Notes: generated from the letters alone by a model not told the origin. Shown: positions 1 to 10,733, counted from the first letter of the stretch. The stretch: DNA of 19,141 bases from Methanobacteriaceae archaeon (GCA_003558085.1 PWMT01000033.1:1-19141); one strand, 5' to 3'. Translations and numbers: made by a program.

Positions 1-44
1 AGTTTTCGTAGTAGAATTTAAAGAAATTATGGAGGAAGAATAAT

Positions 45-1121
45 ATGTTCTCATTAGGAAAAGATAAGAAAAATAATGAACCAGTAAAGAAAAAAGCTCT
101 TGGTAACACTTTAGGAATTGATTTAGGTACTTTAAACAGTGTGGTGGCTAAACCATCTGGAGATAAATTTGATTTATATAAAATTCCTTCTGTAGTAGCC
201 GTTAAAAAAGAAGATCCTTCTTACGTACTAGCTGTAGGTCAAGAAGCTAAATCTATGCTGGGTAGAACCCCGGAAGATATTATAGCAGTAAGGCCCCTTC
301 GAAAAGGAGTTATTGAAAGTGTTGCTCAAGCGGAAGCATTATTGATATATTCTATAGAGATGGGATCCGGTGAAGACACTTCTAGTATAGATCGTATCGT
401 CATTGGAATTCCAGGCGATGCATCTGAAGTAGAAAAAAATGCAGTGGAAGAGATTGGTAGAAAAGCAGGAGCCAACTATGTTCTAGTAATCAGTGAAGGC
501 TTAGCTGCTGCTATAGGTGCTGGTTTACCTATTGCTGAAGCCACAGGAACTATGGTTATCGACATCGGTGCTGGATCCAGTGATATAGTGGTAATTTCAT
601 TAGGAGGAATCACTGACATTGAAACTATTCGAGTAGGTGGCGACGATATCGATGAAAATATTGTGGAACAAGTGAAAGAAAAATTCGAAGTAGAAATTGG
701 TATACATGAGGCTGAAAAAGCAAAAATTGGTGTAGGAATGGTTCACTGTAATATGGAGATGGAAAATGAAACCATCGCTGTAATTGGAAAATGTATGAAT
801 ACCAATAAACCTAAACAAGTAGAAATAGATTCTACTATGGTGGCCAATGCTGCAGAACCAATAATGGTTAAAATTATTGAATCTTTATCTTTAGTTCTTG
901 AAAGATTATCCCCAGAGTTAATATCAGGGATATACAATAAAACCGTGGTTGTAGGTGGAACTTCGCAACTATTCGGTCTTAAGGAAAGAATCTTTGAAGA
1001 AGTAGGGATTCCAGTTGAAATATCTGAAGATCCCATGACCGTAGTGGCCAAAGGAGCAGCTATAGTAGCAGCAGAACCTCGGGCTTTAGAACCGGAGGTT
1101 AGATTAAAGGCCATGAAATAA
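45..1121 (+). CDS. mreB: MreB/Mbl-family rod shape-determining protein (actin-like ATPase)
   Basis: 358 aa with actin-fold motifs GIDLGT, IDIGAG and VVVGGTS, and MreB-typical RPLRKGVI and AAAIGAGLPI. GGAGG RBS at 31-35. Confidence 0.93.
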   Translation: MFSLGKDKKNNEPVKKKALGNTLGIDLGTLNSVVAKPSGDKFDLYKIPSVVAVKKEDPSYVLAVGQEAKSMLGRTPEDIIAVRPLRKGVIESVAQAEALLIYSIEMGSGEDTSSIDRIVIGIPGDASEVEKNAVEEIGRKAGANYVLVISEGLAAAIGAGLPIAEATGTMVIDIGAGSSDIVVISLGGITDIETIRVGGDDIDENIVEQVKEKFEVEIGIHEAEKAKIGVGMVHCNMEMENETIAVIGKCMNTNKPKQVEIDSTMVANAAEPIMVKIIESLSLVLERLSPELISGIYNKTVVVGGTSQLFGLKERIFEEVGIPVEISEDPMTVVAKGAAIVAAEPRALEPEVRLKAMK

Positions 1122-1278
1122 ATCTTATTTTAAATTTTTTATTTTTAAACTACATTTTTTTTAATTAGTAAACCTAGTTTTTTGATAGATCTTTAATGTC
1201 GATTATACCAATTCCATAGGTAATAGAGAATACTTAATATGCATTTAATTAAAAAATGGTACTTAGCTTAAGATAATT

Positions 1279-1911
1279 ATGAAAATATTAGGAATTGATG
1301 AAGCTGGAAGAGGTCCTGTTATCGGACCCTTAATGGTTTGTGGTGTTTTAGCTTCTTCAGAACAATTAGAAATAATGGATAAAATGGGTATTAAAGATTC
1401 TAAAAAAATAACACCTAAAAAAAGAAAATTTTTATATCGTAAAATAAAAAGAATTGCCGAATCTTTTGTAGTTAGAATTTCAGCCCAAGACATTGATAAT
1501 TTAAGAGCCAAAAATGTAAATTTGAATGAAATCGAAAAAATTGCTATAATGAAAATCATTAAAGATTCCCAAGCTAAATCTGTTATAATTGACTCTGTAG
1601 ATGTAAATCCTTCTCGATTTGAAAGAGAACTAAGTGAAGTATTAGGGCCGGGAATTGAAGTTAAAGCTGAACATTCTGCAGATGATAAATATGTAGTGGT
1701 GGCTGCTGCCTCAATAATTGCCAAAGTGGAAAGGGATATTGAAATAGAGAAAATTGCACGCAAATATAATAAATTAGGTGAATTGGGATCTGGTTATCCT
1801 AGCGATCCCCGCACCAAATCTTTTCTAAAAAACTTTAATTATGATAACCTGCCTGACTTTGTCCGTAAGTCTTGGTCTACCGTGCAAAAACTTAAGGATC
1901 ATAAACAATGA
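1279..1911 (+). CDS. rnhB: Ribonuclease HII
   Basis: GIDEAGRGPVIGP, DSKK, VAAASIIAKV and GSGYPSDP motifs of archaeal RNase HII. Confidence 0.97.
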   Translation: MKILGIDEAGRGPVIGPLMVCGVLASSEQLEIMDKMGIKDSKKITPKKRKFLYRKIKRIAESFVVRISAQDIDNLRAKNVNLNEIEKIAIMKIIKDSQAKSVIIDSVDVNPSRFERELSEVLGPGIEVKAEHSADDKYVVVAAASIIAKVERDIEIEKIARKYNKLGELGSGYPSDPRTKSFLKNFNYDNLPDFVRKSWSTVQKLKDHKQ

Positions 1912-2101
1912 TCAAAAGATATTATATATTATCAATTAGAGAAATTAAATTTTATTTTAGCTTATAATATCTACAATAAAAAATCTAAATTGCATAAATT
2001 ATTTATCTTATAGATCAATCAAATAATTAACCATCAAAGAACAGAACAGATATGCTTAAATTTGATTAAACCAAAATTTGAACCAATGAAAAGATGATAA
2101 A

Positions 2102-2941
2102 ATGATTCTCGATTTTTTTAGCACTTCTTTAGGGACAATATTAGAAATGTTTCAAAGTGGAGGGGTTATAACCTACCTGATTGCCTTATTAGGTGTTTAT
2201 GGACTTATAACCTCCCTGGAAAAAATAGTATATTTAAAAAAGATATCTCGTGTAAATACAGCGCAAATAATTGGAACAGTTAATGATTCCATGGAAAATG
2301 GAGGCTCCTTAGAGGCGCTGCGGTCAATAGGCCAATATCAAAATCCAGTGTCTAAGATAATTTCTGAAGCTTTAAAAATAGGTTATCGGAATAAAAGCGA
2401 AGTAGAAGATGCTATGGAACGGGTGTTTATTGTAGAAATGGGTAACATGAGCAAGGGTTTGGAAACCATAAAAACCATTATTGAAATAGCTCCTCTCATT
2501 GGTTTAATCGGTACAGTTTTAGGTATGTTTTATACTTTTCGAGAAATAGGAATGACCGCTGACCCGGCAGCCATGGCAGGAGGAATTTACATTGCCCTTA
2601 TTACCACCATTATGGGTTTAAGTGTTGGTATCGTACTAGTGCCCTTCTATTCTTATATTAAAAATCATATAGACAAAGAAATGGATAAGATTGAACTGGT
2701 TAAAAAGATGACTAACTGGAGCTATGCTGTGATGAAAATAAAAGTAGATTCTAATATTAAAGAGGCGATTGAAGCTTTACAAGAATCTGAGGGTATCGTG
2801 AATGTGAAAAAAATCAATGATCCTCAAGCCAATATATGGGTGGCTTTTAAACCTAGCATGCTCGAGAAAAGCATTAATAACATTATCCTGGAAAAATGTG
2901 ACATCAATGCTGAAATTGTAATGAGTAAACTAAAACAATAA
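2102..2941 (+). CDS. MotA/TolQ/ExbB proton-channel family membrane protein with an extra C-terminal soluble domain
   Basis: N-terminal TM helix plus the family TM hairpin APLIGLIGTVLGM...ALITTIMGL. About 75 further soluble residues follow. Confidence 0.9.
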   Translation: MILDFFSTSLGTILEMFQSGGVITYLIALLGVYGLITSLEKIVYLKKISRVNTAQIIGTVNDSMENGGSLEALRSIGQYQNPVSKIISEALKIGYRNKSEVEDAMERVFIVEMGNMSKGLETIKTIIEIAPLIGLIGTVLGMFYTFREIGMTADPAAMAGGIYIALITTIMGLSVGIVLVPFYSYIKNHIDKEMDKIELVKKMTNWSYAVMKIKVDSNIKEAIEALQESEGIVNVKKINDPQANIWVAFKPSMLEKSINNIILEKCDINAEIVMSKLKQ

Positions 2942-3028
2942 GCTAATTAATTAAATAATAAAATAGTTATCTTTTTAAGAAAATTTATTTGCATAGACAT
3001 GGGACAATAATAAAACAAGGTTTTATAC

Positions 3029-3424
3029 ATGACTATGGATATCGAAAAATACCGTAATCAGATTCGAAATAGCAGCCCTAAATTTAATATGGTTCCTTTT
3101 ATTGACATACTATTTACTATATTAATATTTTTAGTTGTTACCAGCACTTTTCAAGTTGCTGAGGAGATAGATGCTGGTGGAAAACCAGAAATTGAAGGAA
3201 CCGGCGGCCCATCAGAATACTATTTAATCCCTGTGGCTGGTTTAAGGGAAGTTATTGTTAATGGTGAAGATATGTCAGCTTTTATCAGAAACAGTGCCAT
3301 AGCAGTGCATAGTCGGGTTATAGATGAGGGAGAGATAATTATCAAACCAAGAGAAAATAGAATAATTATTACTGCTCCCCCGGATTTACCTCTGGATAAG
3401 GCTGTAACCAGACCAGAACTATAA
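3029..3424 (+). CDS. ExbD/TolR family protein
   Basis: NMVPFIDILFTILIFLVV matches the ExbD/TolR TM signature with the conserved Asp. Directly follows the ExbB-like gene. Confidence 0.88.
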   Translation: MTMDIEKYRNQIRNSSPKFNMVPFIDILFTILIFLVVTSTFQVAEEIDAGGKPEIEGTGGPSEYYLIPVAGLREVIVNGEDMSAFIRNSAIAVHSRVIDEGEIIIKPRENRIIITAPPDLPLDKAVTRPEL

Positions 3425-3515
3425 AAATTTGATTTCAAAATAATAAACAACTATGAATTTAGTTTAATAAAAATTATTATCTAATTAGTATCTATAATTA
3501 TATCTGGTGAAAAAT

Positions 3516-4118
3516 ATGTATTTAGGTAGAATCTTGGCCTTAGGGACTAATGAAGATGGATCGTTTGTTGCTTATAGGGTATCCAGCCGATCTTTTCCCA
3601 ATCGAATGTCTAAAATATTTGAAAATAGTGCAGCTATTATTCCCAAAGAAGGATATGAAAAAGACATTTTTCAAAGTCCTTATATTGCCTATAACTGTAT
3701 AAAAATTGTGGATGATGTGGCTGTAGTGTCTAATGGTTCCCATACAGATGTGATAGCTGACAAAATATCCTTAGGAATGAATATAAGGGATGCTATCGCT
3801 GTTTCTTTAATAGCGATGGATTATGAAAAGGATGATTACAACACTCCCCGTATTGCTGGTGCAATCCGCAAAGGTGGAGAAGCATATATTGGAATCATCA
3901 CCCACCAGGGAATACTTGTAGAACGAGTCCCTCCTGGTGAAGTACAATATATTGCTACCTATGAACATATTAAACCTGTTAAAGTAGAATTTTATGCTAA
4001 AGATGCTGAAGAAGCAGCTGAATTTATTATGGATAAAGGTAAATTTCAAGAATTCCCTAATGAAGTTACATCAGCTGCTGCATTTGTAAAAGATGAATGG
4101 GAACTAAGTTCTATTTAA
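3516..4118 (+). CDS. purO: Archaeal IMP cyclohydrolase
   Basis: [30 protein letters not shown] and [13 protein letters not shown] are PurO signatures. GGTGA RBS at 3506-3510 favours ATG 3516 over GTG 3507. Confidence 0.95.
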   Translation: MYLGRILALGTNEDGSFVAYRVSSRSFPNRMSKIFENSAAIIPKEGYEKDIFQSPYIAYNCIKIVDDVAVVSNGSHTDVIADKISLGMNIRDAIAVSLIAMDYEKDDYNTPRIAGAIRKGGEAYIGIITHQGILVERVPPGEVQYIATYEHIKPVKVEFYAKDAEEAAEFIMDKGKFQEFPNEVTSAAAFVKDEWELSSI

Positions 4119-4280
4119 ATTAATGATTTTTGAAGGGATATTATTGATTTAATGGAAAAATTTTTTCTTTTAGCTAAAATTCCTAATTAATTTTTTATTT
4201 CTTCTAGGAAAGCTAAAAAAATATTTGTCCCCCCTAAAAATGAAAATGAATAAATTTTAATCGATTCAAACGGTGCCTAG

Positions 4281-5042
4281 ATGATAATCGAATTGATTGG
4301 TCTTGAAAATATGCCTTTAATTAAAAAAGGTGATGATTTATCCCAACTAATATTGGATAGTGTACAAGTTCAAGGATGTGATCTGAAGGAAGCAGACATA
4401 CTTGTTATTGCTGAGACAGTAGTATCCAAATCAGAAGGTAATTGTATTGAATTAGATTCACTGAAACCTAGTCTTGAAGCTGAAGAATTAGCAAGAAAAA
4501 CTGGAAAAGATGCTTCTCTAATGGAAGCTATTCTAAAACATTCACAGGAAATAGTTAAAGTAGGTAAAGATTTCATTGTAACGGAAACTGAACAGGGATT
4601 TGTTTGTGCTAATGCAGGGATAGATGAATCTAATATTAAAAAAGGATGTGCTACTCCTTTGCCTCATAATCCAGATCAAAGCGCAGCTCACATTAGAAAA
4701 AAGATTGAGTCTAAGCTTCTTCAAAAAATTGGGGTGATTATATCTGATACTCAGGGAAGGCCCTTCCGAGAAGGTGCAGTGGGAGTGGCTGTGGGAAGTT
4801 CTGGAATAAAAACCCTATGGGATCTTACTGGAAAAAGGGATCTCTATGGTCAAAAATTACAAACCACCAAAATAGCGATTGCCGATGAATTAGCGGCTTC
4901 TGCTTCTCTATTAATGGGTCAGGCAAATGAAGGTATTCCTGTTGTAATTATAAGGGGTTACGATAACTTTGATATTTTAAAAGATCCTGATGCTAATGCT
5001 CAGCAACTGTTAAGACCAAAAAAATATGATGTTTTCCGCTAG
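4281..5042 (+). CDS. cofE: Coenzyme F420-0:L-glutamate ligase
   Basis: [29 protein letters not shown] and [14 protein letters not shown] motifs. Confidence 0.96.
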   Translation: MIIELIGLENMPLIKKGDDLSQLILDSVQVQGCDLKEADILVIAETVVSKSEGNCIELDSLKPSLEAEELARKTGKDASLMEAILKHSQEIVKVGKDFIVTETEQGFVCANAGIDESNIKKGCATPLPHNPDQSAAHIRKKIESKLLQKIGVIISDTQGRPFREGAVGVAVGSSGIKTLWDLTGKRDLYGQKLQTTKIAIADELAASASLLMGQANEGIPVVIIRGYDNFDILKDPDANAQQLLRPKKYDVFR

Positions 5043-5125
5043 TACTAATATTATCGTAAATTAATGAGTAAATTTATGATTAACAGTAAGCAACAAAAAG
5101 TTTATTTAAAACATTGGTGAGAGTT

Positions 5126-6025
5126 ATGATCACTGTTCTCTCAGGTGGTACCGGAACCCCAAAATTACTGCAAGGAATTAAAAAATTAATAGACCCTAAA
5201 CAACTTAATGTAGTGGTTAACACTGTTGAAAATGATTATTTTTCCGGAGTTTATGTTGCTCCTGATGTAGACACAGTTCTTTATACTCTAGGAGATATTA
5301 TAAACGAGGAAACCTGGTATGGAATTAAAAATGACACCTTTATAACCCATGATAAATTAGATGAACTTGGTTATAAGGAATTATTAAAAATTGGGGATAA
5401 AGATAGAGCTTTTAAAATACAAAAGACTCAATTAATGGAAGAATATCCTTTTTCTAAAGTAGTGGACATGCAAAGAAAAAAAATGGGTATTGAATCTAAA
5501 GTTATACCGATGAGTGATCAGCAGTCCAGAATTGAGATCATCACCTCTGCCGGTGCAATCAGTTTTCATCAATTTTTAGTAGAGGAAAAAGGAGCAAGCA
5601 TAGTAGAAGACATAGTTTATAATGAAGTAGAACCTTCACCTCAATTATTAGAACTAATTGAAAATTCCGAAAAAGTTATTATCGGACCTTCTAATCCAAT
5701 TACTTCTATCGGACCTATAATTTCAATTAAAGGAGTAAAAAAAGCATTGAGAAATAATTATGTAGTGGGAGTTTCCCCCATTATTGGTAATAAAGCAGTT
5801 AGTGGACCAGCAGCTAAATTTATGCAGGCCATGGATTTGGAAGTATCTGCTCTAGGAGTAAGTATGATGTATACTGATTTTTTAGACAAGTTTATAATAG
5901 ATAAAGAAGATGCACAATTAAAAACAAAAATAGAAAAACTAATAAAAGAAGTCACGATAACAAAAACAAAGATGTATAACATAGAGGATAAATTGATGTT
6001 GGCCAAATTAATTTTGGGTGAATAG
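5126..6025 (+). CDS. cofD: 2-phospho-L-lactate transferase
   Basis: [40 protein letters not shown] and VSGPA motifs. GGTGA RBS at 5116-5120 before ATG 5126. Confidence 0.96.
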   Translation: MITVLSGGTGTPKLLQGIKKLIDPKQLNVVVNTVENDYFSGVYVAPDVDTVLYTLGDIINEETWYGIKNDTFITHDKLDELGYKELLKIGDKDRAFKIQKTQLMEEYPFSKVVDMQRKKMGIESKVIPMSDQQSRIEIITSAGAISFHQFLVEEKGASIVEDIVYNEVEPSPQLLELIENSEKVIIGPSNPITSIGPIISIKGVKKALRNNYVVGVSPIIGNKAVSGPAAKFMQAMDLEVSALGVSMMYTDFLDKFIIDKEDAQLKTKIEKLIKEVTITKTKMYNIEDKLMLAKLILGE

Positions 6026-6026
6026 T

Positions 6027-6782
6027 ATGATACAGATGACTTTAATTCAAATTGATAACTACGGCCCTTGGACAGTGACTCCCACTCCACGGACCGAATC
6101 TGATCTTCAAATTTTACAAGCAGAACTATATGCTGATTTACAGCGTTTATTTGCCGCCAAACAAGGGCTGGTTTTTTTCACCCGCTTTGATAATATGTTA
6201 GCCATTACTAATGATACAGATGTGGAGGATCATTTACGTATTCAAAGATCTATACGAAACAGATACCCTGTGACTGTTAGTATGGGAGTAGGGGCGGCTG
6301 AAACTCCATATGATGCCCAAAGAAATGCAACCAAAGCTCTTCAAACCTATGGTGGGGCTCAATCTGAGGATAGGAGTGAAGTCTTAGCTATTGATGCCCT
6401 AGCTAATAAAGATGAAAGTTTTGTGCAATTAGCCCATATAGATATAAATGGTATTACTGAATCTTTAACTGATATAATACCTGCATATGACACTTCTTTT
6501 ATAGTAAACAGAGTTCAGCATTTTTTAATGAAAAAATTAATAGAAAAAGGTTCATTATTATTTTTCATTGGAGGAGACAATTTCATGTCACCCTGCAATG
6601 GGCTGGAGCCTCAAGGTTTGCTTAAAATCATCGAGGAGATAGAAGATGAAATTAATGTAGCTTTAAAAGCAGGAGTGGGAAAAGCTCCTACTGCTGAAAA
6701 AGCTGCAAATTTGGCAGATTTAGCCCTAGAAGAAATTAGAGATGGATTTACCTATGATCTGGTACATGTAATTAAAGAATAG
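6027..6782 (+). CDS. gch3: GTP cyclohydrolase III (archaeal, riboflavin/F420 precursor pathway)
   Basis: [19 protein letters not shown] and FIGGDNFM motifs. Starts 1 nt after the cofD stop, with GGTGA RBS at 6017-6021. Confidence 0.93.
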   Translation: MIQMTLIQIDNYGPWTVTPTPRTESDLQILQAELYADLQRLFAAKQGLVFFTRFDNMLAITNDTDVEDHLRIQRSIRNRYPVTVSMGVGAAETPYDAQRNATKALQTYGGAQSEDRSEVLAIDALANKDESFVQLAHIDINGITESLTDIIPAYDTSFIVNRVQHFLMKKLIEKGSLLFFIGGDNFMSPCNGLEPQGLLKIIEEIEDEINVALKAGVGKAPTAEKAANLADLALEEIRDGFTYDLVHVIKE

Positions 6783-6821
6783 GATTAAAAAGGTTCAATA
6801 TTTTACTTTTATAGGAAAAAG

Positions 6822-7598
6822 TTGAAGATTAGTAAATATCTGAAAATTATTTTTTGTGAGTGTGAGTTTATCAACGTACTTGCTCCTATGGCGGGGATAA
6901 GTGATGCAGAATTTTGTTTAAAGCTTATCCCCTATGGTTTTGATATGGTTACCCTGGGAGGTTATAATAGTGACCAAGCCACTATTGATGCCGGTAAAAA
7001 GATAATATCTCGGGGAAGGCCTGAATTTGATATTAAGGAAGAAGAATTAATATTTAGTGTGGAAAGGGAAGCTAAAAAAATTAAAGATAAGTGGAATGGA
7101 AAAGTAGCGGTAAATTTAAGATCCATAAGCCCTGAACCTATAGTGGAGATTTCTAAATTAAAATTAGTGGATGTAGTGGAAGTAAATGCTCACTGCCGGC
7201 AAAAAGAAATCACCGATATTGGCTGCGGACAAGCCTTATTAACTCGTACTGATTTTATGGAAGAATTTTTACAGGAAGTTGTAAAAAAGTCCAAATCTAA
7301 AGTCTCTGTTAAAATAAGAGCTAATGTAGCCGGTGTGAATGAAGTTAAATTAGCTGGCATTATAGAAAATTGTGGAGCAGATTATCTGCACGTGGATGCA
7401 ATGAAACCTGGTTTTAAGGAAGCTGATCTGGAAATAATCAAGAAAATCAGTACTAAGACCCATATATTCCTCATAGGTAATAATTCCATAACTGACTTAA
7501 AATCAGCTCAAAAAATGATTAAAGCTGGTGCACAAGGCATATCAATTGCTAGGGCGGCCATGAAAGGTTATTTAGATTTTAAATTGTATGAATTCTGA
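6822..7598 (+). CDS. MJ0144-family (NifR3/Dus-like) flavin TIM-barrel protein
   Basis: LAPMAGI, EVNAHCRQ, SVKIR, LHVDAM, IGNNSI and SIARA motifs. Start is uncertain (TTG 6822), but it must lie upstream of LAPMAG. Confidence 0.85.
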   Translation: MKISKYLKIIFCECEFINVLAPMAGISDAEFCLKLIPYGFDMVTLGGYNSDQATIDAGKKIISRGRPEFDIKEEELIFSVEREAKKIKDKWNGKVAVNLRSISPEPIVEISKLKLVDVVEVNAHCRQKEITDIGCGQALLTRTDFMEEFLQEVVKKSKSKVSVKIRANVAGVNEVKLAGIIENCGADYLHVDAMKPGFKEADLEIIKKISTKTHIFLIGNNSITDLKSAQKMIKAGAQGISIARAAMKGYLDFKLYEF

Positions 7599-7856
7599 TA
7601 TATTAATTTATAAATATTGTAGATGATTATTTACAAATTATATTTGTCTTACTAGCAAGGTGAGAGTATTAAAAAAATTCAGCAAAAAAAAATAAAATTT
7701 AATAAGGTCTAATGGATTATAATATATATTAACTTTAAATAGAGTAAAACTCACAATGTTATTATTCATGCTGCTAGATACAACCAATTTGTGAGCAATG
7801 TTTATTAGAATATGTTGATTATTAGTATCTGTTGATGAATTTTTGAGGATGGTCTA

Positions 7857-9458
7857 ATGTCTTTTATAGTATTGGAAAATGTTACTAAAACTTTTAAACA
7901 AGTACCTGTTTTGAAGGATTTGAATTTGACTATCAATGAAGGTAAAGTACTGGGTATTTTAGGTAGAAGTGCGGCTGGAAAATCAGTTTTGATTAATATG
8001 CTCCGAGGGATGAAGGAGTATAAACCAGATGAAGGAAGAATAATATATAATATTGCCTTTTGTCCAGCCTGTTTTCGAGTAGAACCTCCTTCCATGGTCG
8101 GTTCAAATTGTGGTTGTGTTCGTGGTTGCGAATTTGAAGAAGAAAGTGTTGACTTTTGGAATTGTGATAAGAAAATTTTCAATGCTATAAAAAGAAGAAT
8201 AGCCATCATGTTGCAACGAACTTTCGCCCTTTATGAAGACGATACTGTAATTGAAAATGTTATAAAATCTATGCCGGAAATGGAATATGAGGATAGTACC
8301 TACCTGGCTTTAGAACTTTTAGAATTGAGTCAAATGACCCATCGTATTACCCACATTGCCCGGGATTTAAGTGGTGGGGAAAAACAAAGAGTAGTTTTAG
8401 CTCGTCAGCTAGCTAAGGACCCCATGTTATTTTTGGCTGATGAACCCACTGGTACTTTAGATCCTAAAACAGCGGAATTTTTGCATGAAGCATTAATGGA
8501 AGGGGTTAAAGAAAAGAATGTGACCATGGTTGTCACTTCCCACTGGCCCGAAGTAATGAAAAAACTTTCTGATTATGTTATCTGGTTGGAGAAAGGTGAG
8601 ATTATTGAAGAAGGAGATCCAGTGGAAGTAGTGGAAAAATTCATGTCTCAGGTGCCTTTACCAGAAAAAGGCGAGGAATTTGAATTAGGTGGCCCTATAA
8701 TTGAAATGAAAGATGTTAAAAAACATTACTATTCCATTGATCGGGGTGTAGTTAAAGCTGTTGATGGCGTAGATCTTGCTGTAGATGAAGGTGAAATATT
8801 TGGAGTGGTAGGTCTAAGTGGAGCTGGTAAAACCACTTTATCTCGCATATTAATAGGACTTACCGAACCTAGCGATGGTGAAATCAAGGTAAAGTTAGGA
8901 GAAAACTGGATAGATATGACAGAAAAAGGTCCTTTAGGTAGAGGGAGAGTGATACCCTATCTTGGAATTTTGCACCAGGAATATAGCTTATATCCTCATC
9001 GTAATGTTTTAGGAAACCTTACTGAAGCTATCAGTCTGTAATTACCGGCAGAATTTGCTAAAATGAAGGCCATGTATGTGTTAAAAGCTGTAGGTTTTGA
9101 TGAAAATTATGCAGAATCAATTTTAAAGAAAGATCCTGATGAATTAAGTGGGGGAGAAAGACATCGAGTGGCTCTAGCACAGGTACTTATTAAAGAACCA
9201 AATATTATAATTTTAGATGAACCTACCGGCACCATGGATCCTATGACTCGAATTCAGGTAACCGATTCTATTATAAAAGCCAGAGAAGAACTCAATCAAT
9301 CCTTCTTAATCATTTCCCATGATATGGAATTTGTATTGGATGTTTGTGATCGTGCCTGCTTAATGAGAGGCGGTAGGATACTTAAAATAGGGGAACCAGA
9401 ATCAATAATTGAAGAATTAACTCCTAAAGAAAAAGAAAAGATGCTTAGTGAAGAATAA
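7857..9458 (+). pseudogene. atwA: Methyl-coenzyme M reductase system component A2 (dual ABC ATPase), interrupted by an in-frame TAA at 9039-9041 (nonsense mutation or sequencing error)
   Basis: Two ABC domains ([19 protein letters not shown] and [19 protein letters not shown]) plus a CPAC..CGC insert. ORFs 7857-9041 and 9063-9458 share a frame: ...[15 protein letters not shown]..., 533 codons in total. Confidence 0.9.
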
Positions 9459-9569
9459 ATTCTTTTTCTAATATATTATTTTATAATTTTTAATATTAAC
9501 TTTTAATTTAATTATATATTGCCCTAAAATGTAAAAAATCATATATAGTAAATTATGGAGGATTATAAC

Positions 9570-10043
9570 ATGGAATGGGATGACGCACCATCACACGTAT
9601 GTAGAGGAGGGGATAAAAGAGCTTTAACATTTTGTTGCCCTCCCATTAAACCTTGCCCCATATTACATGCTTTAGAAGATGCTAATTTAACTGCTCAAGA
9701 TTACATGGAAATAAAGGAAGAGTTTGGGAAAAAAACCTCTTTGAGTGAGGGTGAAGGTACCTGTTTTGGCTCTTTGGTTTGGTGTTGTAAACCATCTAAA
9801 CCTTGCCCCCTAAGAGATATGCTATTGCGCCGTATAGGTATGAGTACTGATGAATACATGAAACTTAAAAAAGAATTATCAGAAGAATTAGTTGGTCCTG
9901 AGAAATTCTCAGATGAAGAAAGTATTAAAGCTCTCTCTGCCGCATTTAATGTTTCCGAAAGTGAAGCAAATGAAGTGATGCAAGAATGTGGTAATGATTT
10001 AAGAACTGCTATGAAAGTTTTAAGAATGAAGAATATGGAATAA
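9570..10043 (+). CDS. Methanogenesis marker 9 domain protein (Cys-rich) with a C-terminal helical UBA-like tail
   Basis: [19 protein letters not shown] and WCCKPSKPC repeats. GGAGG at 9557-9561 favours ATG 9570. Confidence 0.9.
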   Translation: MEWDDAPSHVCRGGDKRALTFCCPPIKPCPILHALEDANLTAQDYMEIKEEFGKKTSLSEGEGTCFGSLVWCCKPSKPCPLRDMLLRRIGMSTDEYMKLKKELSEELVGPEKFSDEESIKALSAAFNVSESEANEVMQECGNDLRTAMKVLRMKNME

Positions 10044-10066
10044 CAAACCATTTGGGAGCAATTTTT

Positions 10067-10705
10067 ATGGGCTGGACCCCACTAATCTGGGATATGGAAA
10101 AAAATAAAGTCCTTATTATAGGTTCTGGAGAAGTAGGGGAGAGAAGAGCTCTTAGATTTCTCGAAGCCGATGCAGAAGTAATTATAATTGGGGGAACTGT
10201 CTCTGAAAAATTATTGGCCTTGGGAGTCAGGGAAAAGCCAGCTCATAAACTGCAAAAATTGGTAGAGTGGGCTGATCTGGTGGTTATAGCCAGTGGAGAT
10301 GAGGAATTAAATAATAAAGCTGCTCATTTTGCCGGAAATAAATTTTTAAATAGAGCAGATCATCCTTTAGAAGGGAATATTATAGTACCTACCACTTTTT
10401 GGTTAGGTGATGCCCAAATATCAATTTTCACTGGCGGGAAAAGTCCATTAATGGCCCGCATACTTCGAAAAAAAATTCAGGAAACAATTAAAGAGGAAGA
10501 TATTCTTCAAATTGAATTACAACATTATGCTAGAGAAATATTAAAAGAGTTAGTTCCTCATCAAAGAAAAAGAAGAGATCACCTTTACCAAATTTTGAAT
10601 TCAAGTGAAATTAAAGAACTAATTAAGGCAGGCAAATTAGAAGAAGCTAAAACTCAAGTCAGAGAATATTTAAGGTCACAAGAATTAAAAATTAATCAAG
10701 ATTAA
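10067..10705 (+). CDS. Precorrin-2 dehydrogenase/sirohydrochlorin ferrochelatase (SirC/CysG N-terminal type)
   Basis: Rossmann VLIIGSGEVGERR, NRAD and SIFTGGKSPLMAR motifs. Immediately upstream of hemA. GGGAG RBS before ATG 10067. Confidence 0.9.
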   Translation: MGWTPLIWDMEKNKVLIIGSGEVGERRALRFLEADAEVIIIGGTVSEKLLALGVREKPAHKLQKLVEWADLVVIASGDEELNNKAAHFAGNKFLNRADHPLEGNIIVPTTFWLGDAQISIFTGGKSPLMARILRKKIQETIKEEDILQIELQHYAREILKELVPHQRKRRDHLYQILNSSEIKELIKAGKLEEAKTQVREYLRSQELKINQD

Positions 10706-10733
10706 ATATCATTTACTATAGGGAGGAAACTTC

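Noticed and set aside
9039-9041. Programmed recoding (Sec/Pyl) in atwA
   Set aside because: The codon is TAA, not TGA or TAG, and no recoding signal was seen.
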